Part shown: positions 12,873-28,390 of the stretch, piece after piece
Position numbering within the stretch: position 1 is the first letter of the stretch
How the letters are laid out: every line of letters begins with the position of its first letter
Source: Vermamoeba vermiformis
Taxonomy: Eukaryota
Reading direction: 5' to 3'
Length of the DNA: 64,000 nucleotides
Assembly: GCA_045837725.1 (NCBI GenBank)
Contig: JBEWZL010000077.1
Coordinates: 62,001 to 126,000 of the forward strand
Notes under the pieces: generated by a model
Told to the model about the DNA's origin: nothing
The model's input: only the letters and a program-made list of their open reading frames with translations
Database searches by the model: none
Translations under genes and position numbers: made by a program

Positions 12873-15238
12873 ATGAGCCAGACAGCGTCGACCTTGCATC
12901 TGTTGATCGCCATCGGATTGTGGTACGGTTTCAACACTGGTGCCAACGTTTATTCAAAGAAGTTCTTGAATGCAAAGCATGATCCAATGTTTTTGTCGTT
13001 AATGTCCATGGTATTTGGAGCCATCATATTGGTGGGCTGGAAGATCGTGGATGCGGTTACAGGAAGATCGACAATGAAACCGATTTATATCGTGCGGACG
13101 ATACCCGTGGCTATTTTTCATCTCGGAAATACGTTATTAACGTACATTAGCATGACAAGCAGTTCAGTTGCGCTGACGTACACAATCAAGGTATGAGCCA
13201 TAAATTAAATATTGTAATTAATTATTTGATTTCGAAATAACACATAAGCTAGAATGAGGATTAAATTTTAATTTTATTTAAATTTTGATATTTTGGCGAA
13301 TTGAACTGTTGGGATTTCAAATGTTAATTAATGTACTCTTTGCAGGCCGCGGAGCCCTTATTTACAGCAACGGGCAATTATTTGATTAAGAAGCAAGTCG
13401 AATCACTTCCAGTGTACGCCTCGCTAGTGGTGGTGCTCATTGGTGTTGGTCTCACATCCATCACTGACGCCACCTTCAATACGCTTGGTCTCGTTGCAGC
13501 ATTGGCATCAAATATTACTAGCACACTACGATCTATATTTGTCAAAGCGGATATGGAGACGCATCCGGTGGCCAAGAGTCCTTCACAGTTCTTCGCGCAG
13601 ATCTCACTAGTTGCGACGCTGCTCAGTGTGCCTCTGGTGCTCTTGCGATGGGCGTTCGTCGATGCTGATTCACTCGTCATCGATGAGGTGCCTGCCAAGG
13701 GTTCAGTATTGGATGTGCCATTCGTTGCAGTATTGCTCGCTGGATTGCTGAACGCTGCGTACAACTTGAGCTCGTACCACGTGATCGCACATGTGCACGT
13801 GCTCACTCACGCAGTCGCACTGGTCATGAAGCGAGTGGTGCTCATTGTAGCCTCCCTTGTCATCTTCGGTCAAGCGGTCTCGCCGTTGCTCGTTGTTGGC
13901 GTGCTGTTGTCGAACTTGGGAGTGATTTGCTACGTGTATTTCAAGTCCAAGTCACACGCCCCAGCCAAGCACGCGCACGGTGATAACCAGCAGCAAGCAG
14001 GCGTGTCTTCTACTGTCTGGCGTTGCTCAATGTTCATCGCCGTTATCACACTCATTGTATTCGCTGCTGGTGAAGCAAAGACGATGCAGAATGCAGCGAC
14101 TAACATCGACTACGATGCTACACAAGTCAACACCGACACGGCCAGTGTGCGTACAAGGATTATGCAAAGAGAATTCCAGCTTCAAGAGTGCTTGGGACAA
14201 GTCAAAGTTAACACGTATGAACGGTACAAAGAAGTCGTCAAGGCACAACTACACGTGGCTCTAGTCGATGTTCCTCTTCACGGCTCGTTGAGCGATGGTG
14301 TCACGTGGTACGCGGAACAAATATTCTTTTACGCGTACGGCCAGTACTTGTTTAACGTGGATAAGGAAACTAACACCTATTTGCCTCAGATGCAGGTATG
14401 TAGCTAATGTTCGGCGTTAAATGACATCGCTCTAACTCAATTATGCTTGTAGCATATGAAGTCTGGCACCGTGTTCTTCACGGGTATTGTTCCCTTCGGC
14501 GATGCGAATAGAAAGCACATAGAATATCAATTTGACCTCATGAACATGTACCCCAATATGCGCATCGTCTACTTTCCGATGAGCATCTCGTATGACTCAC
14601 CCGCCGTGTTGAAGAAAGACAAGGAGCGACTGACGCACGAAGACGTCCACATGTTCCTGCGAGATTCGTACTCCCTCGCCATGGCACGGACCCATTTCCC
14701 TAACGTCAAGTCAGAGTATTTGCCAGATATGGTATGGACTTTTGGTGTCCAAGAGCGCGCTCAGAAAGCAGTGGTGGATGTGGTTATTGTTCTCGATCCA
14801 GCGAGCACGATGGGCTCTGATCTCGATTCTGCTAAGAAAGTCTTGGACAAGAAGGGCCTTAAGTACGAAGTTTGGGACATGGCTAAGCCAAACATGACCC
14901 TTATTGCGCCGTATTTATATCTGACTGAACCCGAGCATCGCGACCTCTGGCCCTCATTCAGAACGCAACTGTTCAACAAGTTGCTTAGTCGTGGCAAAGT
15001 GCTCATCACCGACCATTTGCAGGCTAGTTCATTCGGCTCATTATTGCGCATGCCCGTGGTATACTTGGACGACAACCAAAAGACGATCTCGAAGACCAGA
15101 TCTGACTTAAAGTCTTTCCACCCGCCTTGTGACGACTATGCACTTGATACAGTTGCTGCTAAGAATGGTGCGGATGCTGCGGCACGTGCTATTAATCTCG
15201 TGGCACGTGTAGAAAGTGAATCAATTCACTGGGCTTAA
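12873..15238 (+). CDS. Triose-phosphate/PEP transporter (TPT/SLC35E) fused to polysaccharide pyruvyltransferase-like domain
   Basis: TPT motifs (LWYGFNTGANVYSK; SVALTYTIK|AAEPLFT; LTHAVALVMKRV) in hydrophobic exons. In-frame intron 14396-14452 joins a domain with FPMSI, FLRDSYS, LPDMVW and LSRGKVLITDHLQ. Confidence 0.8.
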
Positions 15239-15345
15239 AAAAACAACATTTTTATAATTTGTACAACAGTTCGTCAACACAACAGCGAATTTGTAAATAA
15301 AAGTTGTGGTTGATTTTATTTATATAACAGTATTATATTGTAAAT

Positions 15346-16926
15346 ATGGACACCGAGACAGATTTTGTGTTGGAAGTGGGACAAATCCCGCTTTGGAAGC
15401 AACTCCACTTAAATCAAGAGAAAAATCAGCATAAAAATCCTCCTAGGGCGTAAGTAGATATATCATTCAATTCGGTTGTCTAACTTCAATTTAGATTTGG
15501 TTTAACGACAGAAATGCAGATGGATCCGGAGACACGTTGGCAACTTATTTTGCAACACATCATATGGCAGCGGGAACGCGAAGAGTTACCTCCTTTTTTT
15601 GCAATGATTACAGGGCCAACTATTCCAAAGTATCGGAGTAAGTACCTGATCTTAAAATTAAACTTTAAAGAGGGAAACTTTTATAAACCGATAATTATTT
15701 GCAAAATACTTTCTTTGTCTTTAAACGACGTTATATCGATGTTAACATTATATCTGGGTGTTAAATTAATTGTTAAAAATAGTGGAAGCCCTCCGCGTTG
15801 TGATCGGCCGAAACACTCCAACTGCGCGTGACTGTGACGTCTCAATAGATCATCCGACCTCAATAGGGTAATATAAAATATTCATATAAATATATCTAGA
15901 GCGACTAACAGTAAGTTTGATTCAAGTATGAGACATTTTGCAATTGAGTACGATCGTGGAATGAACTGCTACGTGGCCAAATTATTCGACCATAATTCAA
16001 TTAAAATATTAGAAGACGCAGAGAGCACTAAATTTGTTAAAGTAAGTATTAGTGCCCCTATCGAAGTTGATCTAACTACTTATTTATTATTTCTTTTTTT
16101 AGTATACTGGTTCGGGCTCAGCTCCGATCCCATTGTACAGTCCAATTATGATTAAGGTCGAAGGAGTCCCTATATTCTTTCAAATGTTTTATATTCTAAA
16201 GAACTCAAACGGTCACAAAGGTACATCCGCCAGTTGTTCAAAAATTTAATGCTAACTTAATTCCTTCCAGTGACATACACAGCTGTTGAAGGCAACGATA
16301 GGGTAAGCAATAATATGACACTACATGTTAGGTCGTAGTATTAATTGAATGAATTACAGCCAAGGAGATTAAAGTTCAAATTGCCGTCAATTCCTGAAGC
16401 GATTTTACAAGCCAAAAAGCCAAAGAAGTAAGCACATATTATTTATTCTTATTAATTTTAATGCTGTTTGATATTAACAATATTTATTTACGTAGGGTCA
16501 GGTTGTCTTTTGCTGTTATGATTGAAAATGCTTTGAATGGACTAAACGGACGTGCAAAATACAATGAAATTGTCGAGTACATCGCGGAACATTATCCGAC
16601 GCAAGTTGAGAACAAAAAGACGTGGAAAAATTCCGTGGGAGGCGTGCTAAGTTCAAACGATAAATTTATTTCGGAGGCTTCCGAGGACGATGAAAAACGG
16701 TACGTACATTAAATTACCCCACGTTAATGCGAAGTATAATATTAATATGGTAAATAATAGTGGTCGCGGAAGTATATGGCGATTAAGAACAGAAGCAGAA
16801 CGAGAACAAAAACGAGCGTTGAACGAGTCGGATCACGTCATGTTGGGCGATTACAGCGACGACGCAGACATTGATCAACAATACGAGATGATGGATGTAG
16901 AAGGGGATGAGTATTCGAGTGAATAG
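15346..16926 (+). CDS. FHA-like + divergent forkhead (winged-helix) transcription factor
   Basis: SFAVMIENAL...YNEIVEYIAEHYP...TWKNSVGGVLSSNDKF...GRGSIWRL parallels the forkhead consensus; an upstream exon RHFAIEYD is FHA-like. Many small exons, so the model is approximate. Confidence 0.6.
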
Positions 16927-17113
16927 AATAAACGGTAGAAATTTTTGTGTATTTCAGATGCGCTTCTTGAACCACTTTTTGAAAACTCATAAGCGTTCAA
17001 GCACAATTTCATCACTTACACTATAATACAAATACTATTGTCAACTCTTTGAGTACGTACCGATCTGAAGCTGTGTGGCTTCCTAAGCTTCTCTAATAAA
17101 GTAACATTTGCAG

Positions 17114-18403
17114 ATGAATAGCTTTCATGTGGTCGTGGCCTATCTTATGGAAACTAATAGTCTTCATGAAGGCATATTTAGAACTGTATTTTGCACTAAT
17201 AAGCTGTATTCTCGATTGACTCCAAGACACAGATCCAAGCCCAGCTCGTGTTTTATTAGTATTAAAGAAGATAAACAGAAAGCCGCACACAATTTATTGG
17301 TATGAATATCATAGGGTACGACCTCATTAACTTTTGTCCGTAGATCTGCATTCGAGTGCAAAAGCAAAAAATTAATTTGAGCCCTCGCCAGTTACTAAGG
17401 TAATTTCCGTTTGTATTCTCCATTATAAGATTTATTTTACAGGTTTTTGAGCGATATTGCCGAATCGCGTCTGACCAACGTCACTTCCCATTCGGCGGTT
17501 CTTCGCGCTTCGTGCATTTGTCTGTTTAAACCCGAGAGTATTTTAAAGATATTCTTTCCGAGTTTTTTCTGGTCTTTGGAAGACGCACTATCGGTTTATT
17601 TTGATAAGAATCTTTCTCTTCGAGATTTTCAACTGGAGATCCGGCTGCAGATGTCGAAGCTTAGATATCAAAAACTACATCCAATGCTAGCAGACATCGA
17701 TGTTCTGTCGCCATCAAGCTTTTCCTTGCAATTGAATATCGATCATATTGTCAACAGAACAACAATCGGGAAAAAAGGTAGGTACACAAATCGCTTATTT
17801 CCTCGTAATTAAATCGTTTGCAGAGGTCGTGGTATTCACCATAGATAGCGTAAAGCATTATGGAGTAATTTTAGGCAACGGAAATAGTTATTCCTTTGTC
17901 TACAAGACATCAGATGGATCTTTTATTGCCTCCAAAAGTCCCTCGCAATTTATTCGAAAGGTGACGCGTACTCAATTAACTTAAATATTAATTCTTAAGG
18001 CAGTTTGCCGCACTTCACGCTGGAAAACAAGATCTTCAGAAAAAAGGAAACGGATGGTACTCACTGTACTGCAATGGCCGGTCCCTTGCCAACATTCGGT
18101 CAGAGTGTGAATGCAATGCATTTTCAGCCGAGTTGAAAAGGTAAATCAGCGTACATTTGTCTTCCAGTCTAACGCATGGTCAGGGTTCCTGGTGTCAGTC
18201 GAGCAGGCGTAGATGGCAAATTGACAGCATTCTCCAAAATGAGTGCTGAAGAACTCAAAGCATTGCCAAACACGTCGCTACTACATTCAAAGTACGTTGA
18301 CGTGAGATACGACCACTACACTCCCACTGTACCTCGAACTGCAGTTACAATACCCATTGGCCGTAAAGTGGACTTGGCGCGTGGATTAAAGTACAATGCA
18401 TGA
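17114..18403 (+). CDS. Hypothetical protein with probable RAMA domain
   Basis: Spliced reading SKSPSQFIRK|FAALHAG...GNGWYSLYCNGRSLANIR matches the RAMA pattern SPS.F...NGW...Y.G..L...R. Start uncertain. Confidence 0.5.
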
Positions 18404-18428
18404 GCACTAGTTGTTTATTATTTACATG

Positions 18429-18984
18429 TTACGAGTCGTCATTAGCATAATCAGCCAACAAGTTTTTGCCCAAGTAGTAGCCAATGGGCAGAGCTGGAAT
18501 GCCAAATAAACTGCCAGCAGCCATGCCGGGGAAAAACGCTGAATTGATGATTCTACCCCCTGAAAGGCTACTACGTAATATGCACATTGCTAGACCGCCA
18601 TTTAGAGCAGAGTTGCTGAACAAAATGAGACTCGAAGCAATTCCTGCCCGTGTTTTCGGATCCGCACTGGGGATAGCGTGTGCGATTGGCTTAAATAATG
18701 TTGATGATATCAGCCGTGAATACGAGCTGCCTATTGTGCCAACAAATCCGGTGAAGGGACCCATCAAAAAACTGGTGCATCCGAAAATTGTGGCAGATCC
18801 GCCTAACGCCAGAGCTGGGGTAATCCTGAACCAGCCAACTTCTAAAACAAATGATGAAGCTTGATAGAATTTTTACTCGCTAAAGGCAAATTAACTTTTG
18901 ATTGAAGTTGCCCCAAAAATTATTACGGCACCGTAAATAACTGAATTTACCTGTCTTATTGTCGTCGCGCATAGCAGGGTCCAT
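18429..18984 (-). CDS. Small Gly-rich hydrophobic (membrane) hypothetical protein
   Basis: ATG 18984 with GT donor, then an open exon with Gly-rich hydrophobic segments ending at the 18429 stop. Confidence 0.5.
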
Positions 18985-19332
18985 TTTAATTGTTTGTGTT
19001 GTTGCGTTAAGTTAACTCACGAAATGAAAATTAGAGAGAAAATTTGGCCTGTCAATCCCAAAAACTCACTTAATGACGATTCTCTATTGATAGGGGAAAG
19101 AATTATTTATTTAACATTTATAATTGGTTAGTGCTACGATCAAGTATGAGCTGTAAATAAGTAAATTGTTAGTCAGTAGATCCTGATTAAAAAAACGACG
19201 AGGCATTTGTTTTTCGAGTTTTGTCTTTTTTGTTCTTTTTTTTTTGCCTTTTTTTCTTTTTTTTCCTTTTTTTTGTTTCATTTTATCTTTTTTGAGGCAC
19301 TGTACAATCGCATTAATGTCAACAAAGAAATT

Positions 19333-22337
<3,005 letters not shown>

Positions 22338-22533
22338 GGTTTATTTTAATGATAGTATAATACAAATATAAACAATAATAGGATTATTTAAAGCTGCATT
22401 GTTGTCAGCTTACGCGGATCAGAACAAAAATAGAAAAAATGAAATTCAAAATTATTTTTGCAACGAGCGACCTCACACAACGGCTCAAATTAGGCTGTGC
22501 ATGTAATATCTAGTATCGAGGGGTTAATGTATC

Positions 22534-25512
22534 ATGGCTGACGTGGTAAGTGCCAAAGTTAAAAGTAATCAATGATTTGGTATCAATCAACTTGTTTATC
22601 ATTTTAAAGTATTTATTTGATTTTATACAGCGTGTAAAATGTAAAATATCACTAATTTTGATTTTTCTAAGGCTACGGGCAATTTCTCCAACGAGCCTAT
22701 CACTCTCAATCTCTCTCTAGAAGCCTCGCTCATCAATAAGATAGAAATTCAAGAGCATATTGCGCGTGAAGTTAAAGATTTATTTAAAGACCGACCTTCA
22801 TTCGACCCGATCGAATCTACAGTAAGATGCGAGCCCGGCCGTGCTTTCGTTCACAGCAATTACATGCACTACCTTACCATGGCATGGAACAACCATTTGT
22901 CAGTCGTAATATCGCCAGATATAGTATTTTACACGATTCTGTGCGAAATTGCTTCGAGCGTCAAAGCAGATCCTGAAACGCATCGGCACCTGTTTACTAC
23001 AAGCACCGAAAAGATTGAAATTATGACAATCACTCATGCGCCTCACGTCATTGACTTGAATCAGATCATTAACGGTAAGCATCACCAAGATTTGCGATTT
23101 AGATCAGAACCGAACTTTCCAGTTCTGCCATGCCATCCAGCAGCTTTGTAAATTTATTCGTATTCGCGGTACAATCGTGCTATTAATTCTCTAGCTTGTT
23201 TATTTTATATTACCAGAAGCAGATCTGGCTCTGACATATCAGTGATTTAGGCATTGCTCAGCACTCCCCGATCGATTCGAGCCTGTTCACGGCGGAGTTT
23301 ACCTCAACGACCCTCGAATCACGTCTCGCACTGCAAGCTGCGTTCTGCGACGCCATGTCACCGTACTTCCACTACTCGCGCACTGCTTGTGGCATTCCTC
23401 GCATTAAAGTCCTCGGCACGAAACAAGACTGGCAAACTTTGCAACGAAAAGTTCATTCGCTCGCTACAGAGGTCTTTGCACAAGATATTTCGACGGAAAA
23501 ATCGCTCTCGACCTACCTGAACCGCGCAGAAACAGTCATTGCTAAAATTCACTCGTCACGTGATCCGAAGTTCTGGGAGAATATGTTCGCTATTAGCGGA
23601 TGTTATTCGGGCCACACTGACATGGTGATTGGCTGGATCACGTTGTTGTACAGAAATGGAAGCGGTGTACTCGAGGGCGGAAGATGTTCCGGCGATGATT
23701 ACTACAACTACGAATCACACATTTCCACTGTTAGTTGGAAGTGCAAAGATACCTCAAAAGAATTCGAACTGCGGACTGGATTGCTATATTCGGTAATCAA
23801 CGATCACGGTCAAGAAGAATTGGACAAGAAATTCCCGTGGTTTGAGCCGCAATTCGGTCACGTGGTCTTGGACAAGAACTTCAAAATGACAGCGGAACAA
23901 TTCCAAGAGTACATTGACACCGTGCTCAAGGGTGCGGACAAAAGATTGTGGCAAACTTTCTTTGAGTTGCTGAAAGATGATCCTGTGATGATGGATAAAG
24001 GCCCTGGCGAACTCAAGCAACGATTAAACATTGCGCGGAGACAGATGGATGTTTGGAAAAAGAACAGCAAAGACTTGGAGTTGGCCGAACTAGATCTGGA
24101 GAACAGTGATTTTGGGTCGTTGATTTACATGCACACTGAAGATGGAGACAAGCACGTGATCGAGAAGTTCATCGACGATCTCGTAGAATTTTTGCAAACA
24201 ATGAAGATACGCAAAGTAGTGATGGCACAAAGTGGTGTTTGCGCCGGTGAAATCGCCGAAGGACGATTGTTGCGAGCACTGATCGGCAATGAAGTATTAG
24301 AAGAATTAACAGCTTCGTGCTATGCTTGTGAGGACGAATATAGCGCCATGAATGTCGTGTGCGAGGTGCTGACACATCCAAAGTGTCGGATCAGAACGCT
24401 CAATGTAACTGGCCCGCGATTGAAGGCAGCTGATATGGTCTTATTAGGAAATGCATTAATGAATTCAACTGCGCCAATTGAGCATTTTGCCGTGACCAGC
24501 GCGGATGTGATGGAGTTGGCGGATGCGATCTACCTGTTTTCGACGAAAAAGAATTTGAAGACATTTTCGATTACGTATCCATTTACAAGCTTCTACGGTG
24601 AAAATTCTATGAAAGAAATTGAAATTTCGAAGCGAATTTATTACGCTATCAGAGATTCACGAACGTTAGAGGAGGTCAAAGTTTGTCCGTTTGGAGATTT
24701 GGTCGATAGCTCGTACAAAAAACAACCGATAGATGTTAGCGACTTATTTGAAGACATTGCAGCTAACTTGAAGTTGAATACCAATTTAAAGGCATTGACA
24801 ATCGAAAAGTGGCAGTACGACGACGAATTATTGACGGACCTCGTGTCAGTGCCCTCTTTAAGAAAAATCACTTTCCAAGAATGTCCGGACGCCATTTCAC
24901 TCGATTTTTTGGATGTAACGAAGAACTTGGAGTCATTTACTGGAAGTTTTGACTTCACCGCAGAAATGGTCGCAAAGCTATCAAGCTGTTTATCCGATCC
25001 AGCGTGCAAGATACGCGAGTTGAAGATAATGGGATCTAATTTTGCGAGTGAAGAAGAAGATAAGTTACTGACGACCCTTACGAAGAGTTTTATCGATAAC
25101 AAGTCCTTGACCTCGTTGAAACTTAGTTCACTGAAGTACGACGATGCTGACCGATCTTTTCTCGACAACATTGTTGAAGCCATTAAGAACGGCATGCCGC
25201 TGCAAGACTTGGACATTGATTATTTTTCTAAGAATCCTGAAGACCTGGAGAAGTTACTGGCTGGACTGACGCACTGCAGAACCCTTCGTCAATTCAAGAG
25301 TGATCTGTCGGTGGTTAGCGAGGCAGGATTTAACGCTGTACTGCAGATCGTGCAGCACAATACGTTCGTTGGAGAGCTTTGAAGCGAACTATTATGGTTG
25401 GGATGAGGGTGATCGTCTTACACTGACCAATGAACAACAAAGTACTCTGCTCAAAGCGGCAAAGGCATTGCCATTCGTGCATAAATTTGGAATTAATGGT
25501 GTTAATTTGTAA
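22534..25512 (+). CDS. DUF4419 domain + RNI-like leucine-rich-repeat protein (apparent 1-bp frameshift near 25365)
   Basis: AWNNHLSVVISPDIVFYTIL and MSPYFHY...CGIPRIKVLGTKQDW match DUF4419. The C-terminal half has LxxLxL/NxSLxxL repeats, and its tail continues in another frame to 25512. Confidence 0.7.
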
Positions 25513-25568
25513 TTAAATATACGTTGTTCGTGTGTTTTTCTGAACGTTGTTGATCGTACAGCAATTAT

Positions 25569-28221
25569 TTAACTACTTTCTTTCTCTTGCAAATACCGAT
25601 TCATACTGATAAACCACGGCGATAACCACTTCTCGCAATTTTGCTGCAAATATCTATTTTGTTTCCTCCATTCATCGAGCAATGCAGAGTCCTGAATGTA
25701 TTTAGAATGCAGGAGTAATCATGAGTCAACTTACAATGGAATCGGGCGAAGCTTCACAGGGACCAGGTCCAGGCAGCAACGCGAGATAGAAGAAATTGTC
25801 ATTTTTTAACACTTCTTGTGCAGGAACCAAGTTCGTTGTGCCCTCCTGTGAATTTGTTAGACCATTCAAAGAAATTGTAGTGACGTACAATCCTCTTGTT
25901 ATTGCTTGCCTGAACACCGATGAAATACTGTTGTGGTTCGTCATCAAAGAAGACGGGCAGAATTACATTGGCGAACACAGAATTACCGCTGTCCAAAGCA
26001 ATGTACTTGCTGTCAAACAGGTCCGTAAACACTTCTGTAGATTTGCTGTGTAAATGTTTTGTTGGCCGTACAACTCCGTGTATTTGCACCTAATATTGGT
26101 CAATTCAGTTTTTCACGGTGACAAGTAGGCTTACTTTAGCGTCACCCAACCGACCAAACCAGGGTGCTGGAATGAGGTCTCTGAGATTAATCACTTTGTC
26201 GTGTCTGTACTGAGTGAGAACGAGGAACCGTGTGTACAATGTCGCTGCAATTGTGTCTTCAAAGCTCGTTCCTGTCAATACATTGCCATACTTCATCGAT
26301 ACTCCAAATGTTTGCGGAAGAAGCAGTTGACTGTAAGTGATCTTCTTTTCTAACAAGTTGGCACTCAGAAGCGTGCTTCGAGGCCGTAACACTTCTACTT
26401 CGGTATCAAGCCAATCGCCAAGCAGAAATGGAAAGGTGTACTGAGTTGTCCAACCGGTAGATTTCCAAGGAATAAGATAAAAATCCTTGGCTAGCTTGCC
26501 ATAAGATTTGCCCTCAAGCGGGGATGCCAGGGCTGGGTCAACTTCCCAGCACAGTGCGGCTTGAATGAGCAACTGTTCCTCATCTCTGGAGGTCCTCAGC
26601 GGTGTCTTTCGTGCTAGCCAATTGTGCGCATAGTAAGACCTAATGATCTCCGAGAATTCTTCCTCCATCTGTGATGCACTGACGTTGGATTGCTCTATTG
26701 CCGCAGAGGCTGAAAGGAACCGACATACAGGAGAAGATCGAAACAGATCTGCAATTGCTCGCGGATGACCACAGCTTTTCATAAATGCTTGTTGAAGTGC
26801 ATAGGACGTTGTCTCGTCTAGTTCGCGGCAATGGAACGCCTTTGAATCGGGCCTGCAACTGACATTAACATTACACAAGGAGCAGCTTTGGACCTACCAC
26901 ATATTGTGATGCAACTTGCACTTTAAAACGCCCATGCACATGTCATTGAGATACCGCAACTCAAGTAAACCACCCATTGGTACGTCGACGGTCCTGTAAT
27001 GTTCCGGTACTAGAGGCAGCTTGATAAAGAGGCCAGTCTGCATTGAACATTATACCTGGAGCATCAAACAAGATCTTACGTACCACATATGCTGTGCAAG
27101 GAGTATCGAGTTGTTGACGCAGCTGTGCGATTTGAGATAGCAAGTTGTTCACTCGTTGATGCTTCCAAGCTTGTATCTGATCGCCCAAAAATAGCAAAAA
27201 CGGTTTGAAATTGTACGGAGTGGCGTTGTAGAACTGTTCTGGCCGGCTGTAATTTTCGTCGATGATTTGATTGAACATTTTGACAGCCTCTACCGCTGAC
27301 TGAGGCTCAGGAAGATCTTCGACAGTAGTTGACTTGTTATCGTATTTGAATGTGCAATCGCGAAATCGGCTATTAATGCACTCAACAATTATATGACGCA
27401 GCAGATCTAGAAGGAAGGAAAAATGATCATTCAGTAATTAATCGTATCATGCTGCTTACCTTTGTTATCGACATCATTAGGTACGTCACAGCATTGAAAC
27501 ACGATTATTCTTTGTTGATGAATCGTTGCCCAAAGGTCATTCACGAATTGCTCTTTGGTTTTGACGTCTGTAGCGTCAGTACCATCGCCAAAAAATTCTT
27601 TCAGTACGCTCGGAGAAGCAAACGCGCGCACCGGCCACTCTAAAAGTAGTCTAGTTTTTCCAGATCCAGATGTGGTACATTTCGTAACTATTTTAGGCTT
27701 GTCGTTATTCACTGACCAGTTTTCGAATGCAATGTTCAGCAGAGCTAACACTGAGTCTTCACGGTTCAAGAACGGTGAAATCTCCTCGTAACCCCACAAA
27801 ATACTTGCACGTGCAATGGTGCCGTTGTAGCCATCAATGGTCACTGGAGCATCTGTTTCACCAACTCTCACTTTAGGAGAACGGGCGAGTAAGTCCGCAA
27901 CGCTAAGGGGGCACCTGATTAGCTTTTCGCCTGAATAAAAATATCTTACCTTTTTTTCTTGGAGGCTATTGAGGTAATGCTCTTCTTAATGTGCAGCTCT
28001 TGAGCGGCCTTCAAGTCCGCATTCTTCTGCACTAATTATTAAAATAAATAATAAAGTAGTTATTTAATTTTGAAATCTCTACCGTAATTAATTGCTTACC
28101 AAACTCATCGCGCACGTTCATACTCAAGGGCGTAAACAAGTTCTACGTAAATTTAATGATTAACTAAATTAGCTGGTATTTTTAGATCAGTTGACTCATT
28201 ACTTACCGAGTCGTACGCCAT
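25569..28221 (-). CDS. Crinkler/RHS-like NTPase + degenerate restriction-endonuclease-like protein (possibly decaying)
   Basis: Walker A TTSGSGKTRLL; CGHPRAI helical motif; FEDTIAATL and NSVFANVIL...IGVQAS resemble an REase D...QxK with substitutions. Some junctions do not splice cleanly. Confidence 0.55.
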
Positions 28222-28390
28222 CGATAATAGCCACGAATGGTCTGCGTAACAAAATATTGTTCGAATTGCATCTTGTTGTTATTTTAAAATCAAAAAAAAA
28301 AGGTTGCAATTTTTGACCAAAAGGCGGGCGCTGTTGGAATTCATATTTTTGAAAAAATATTGATGCCCACAATTGCCTTACAATAAAGCG

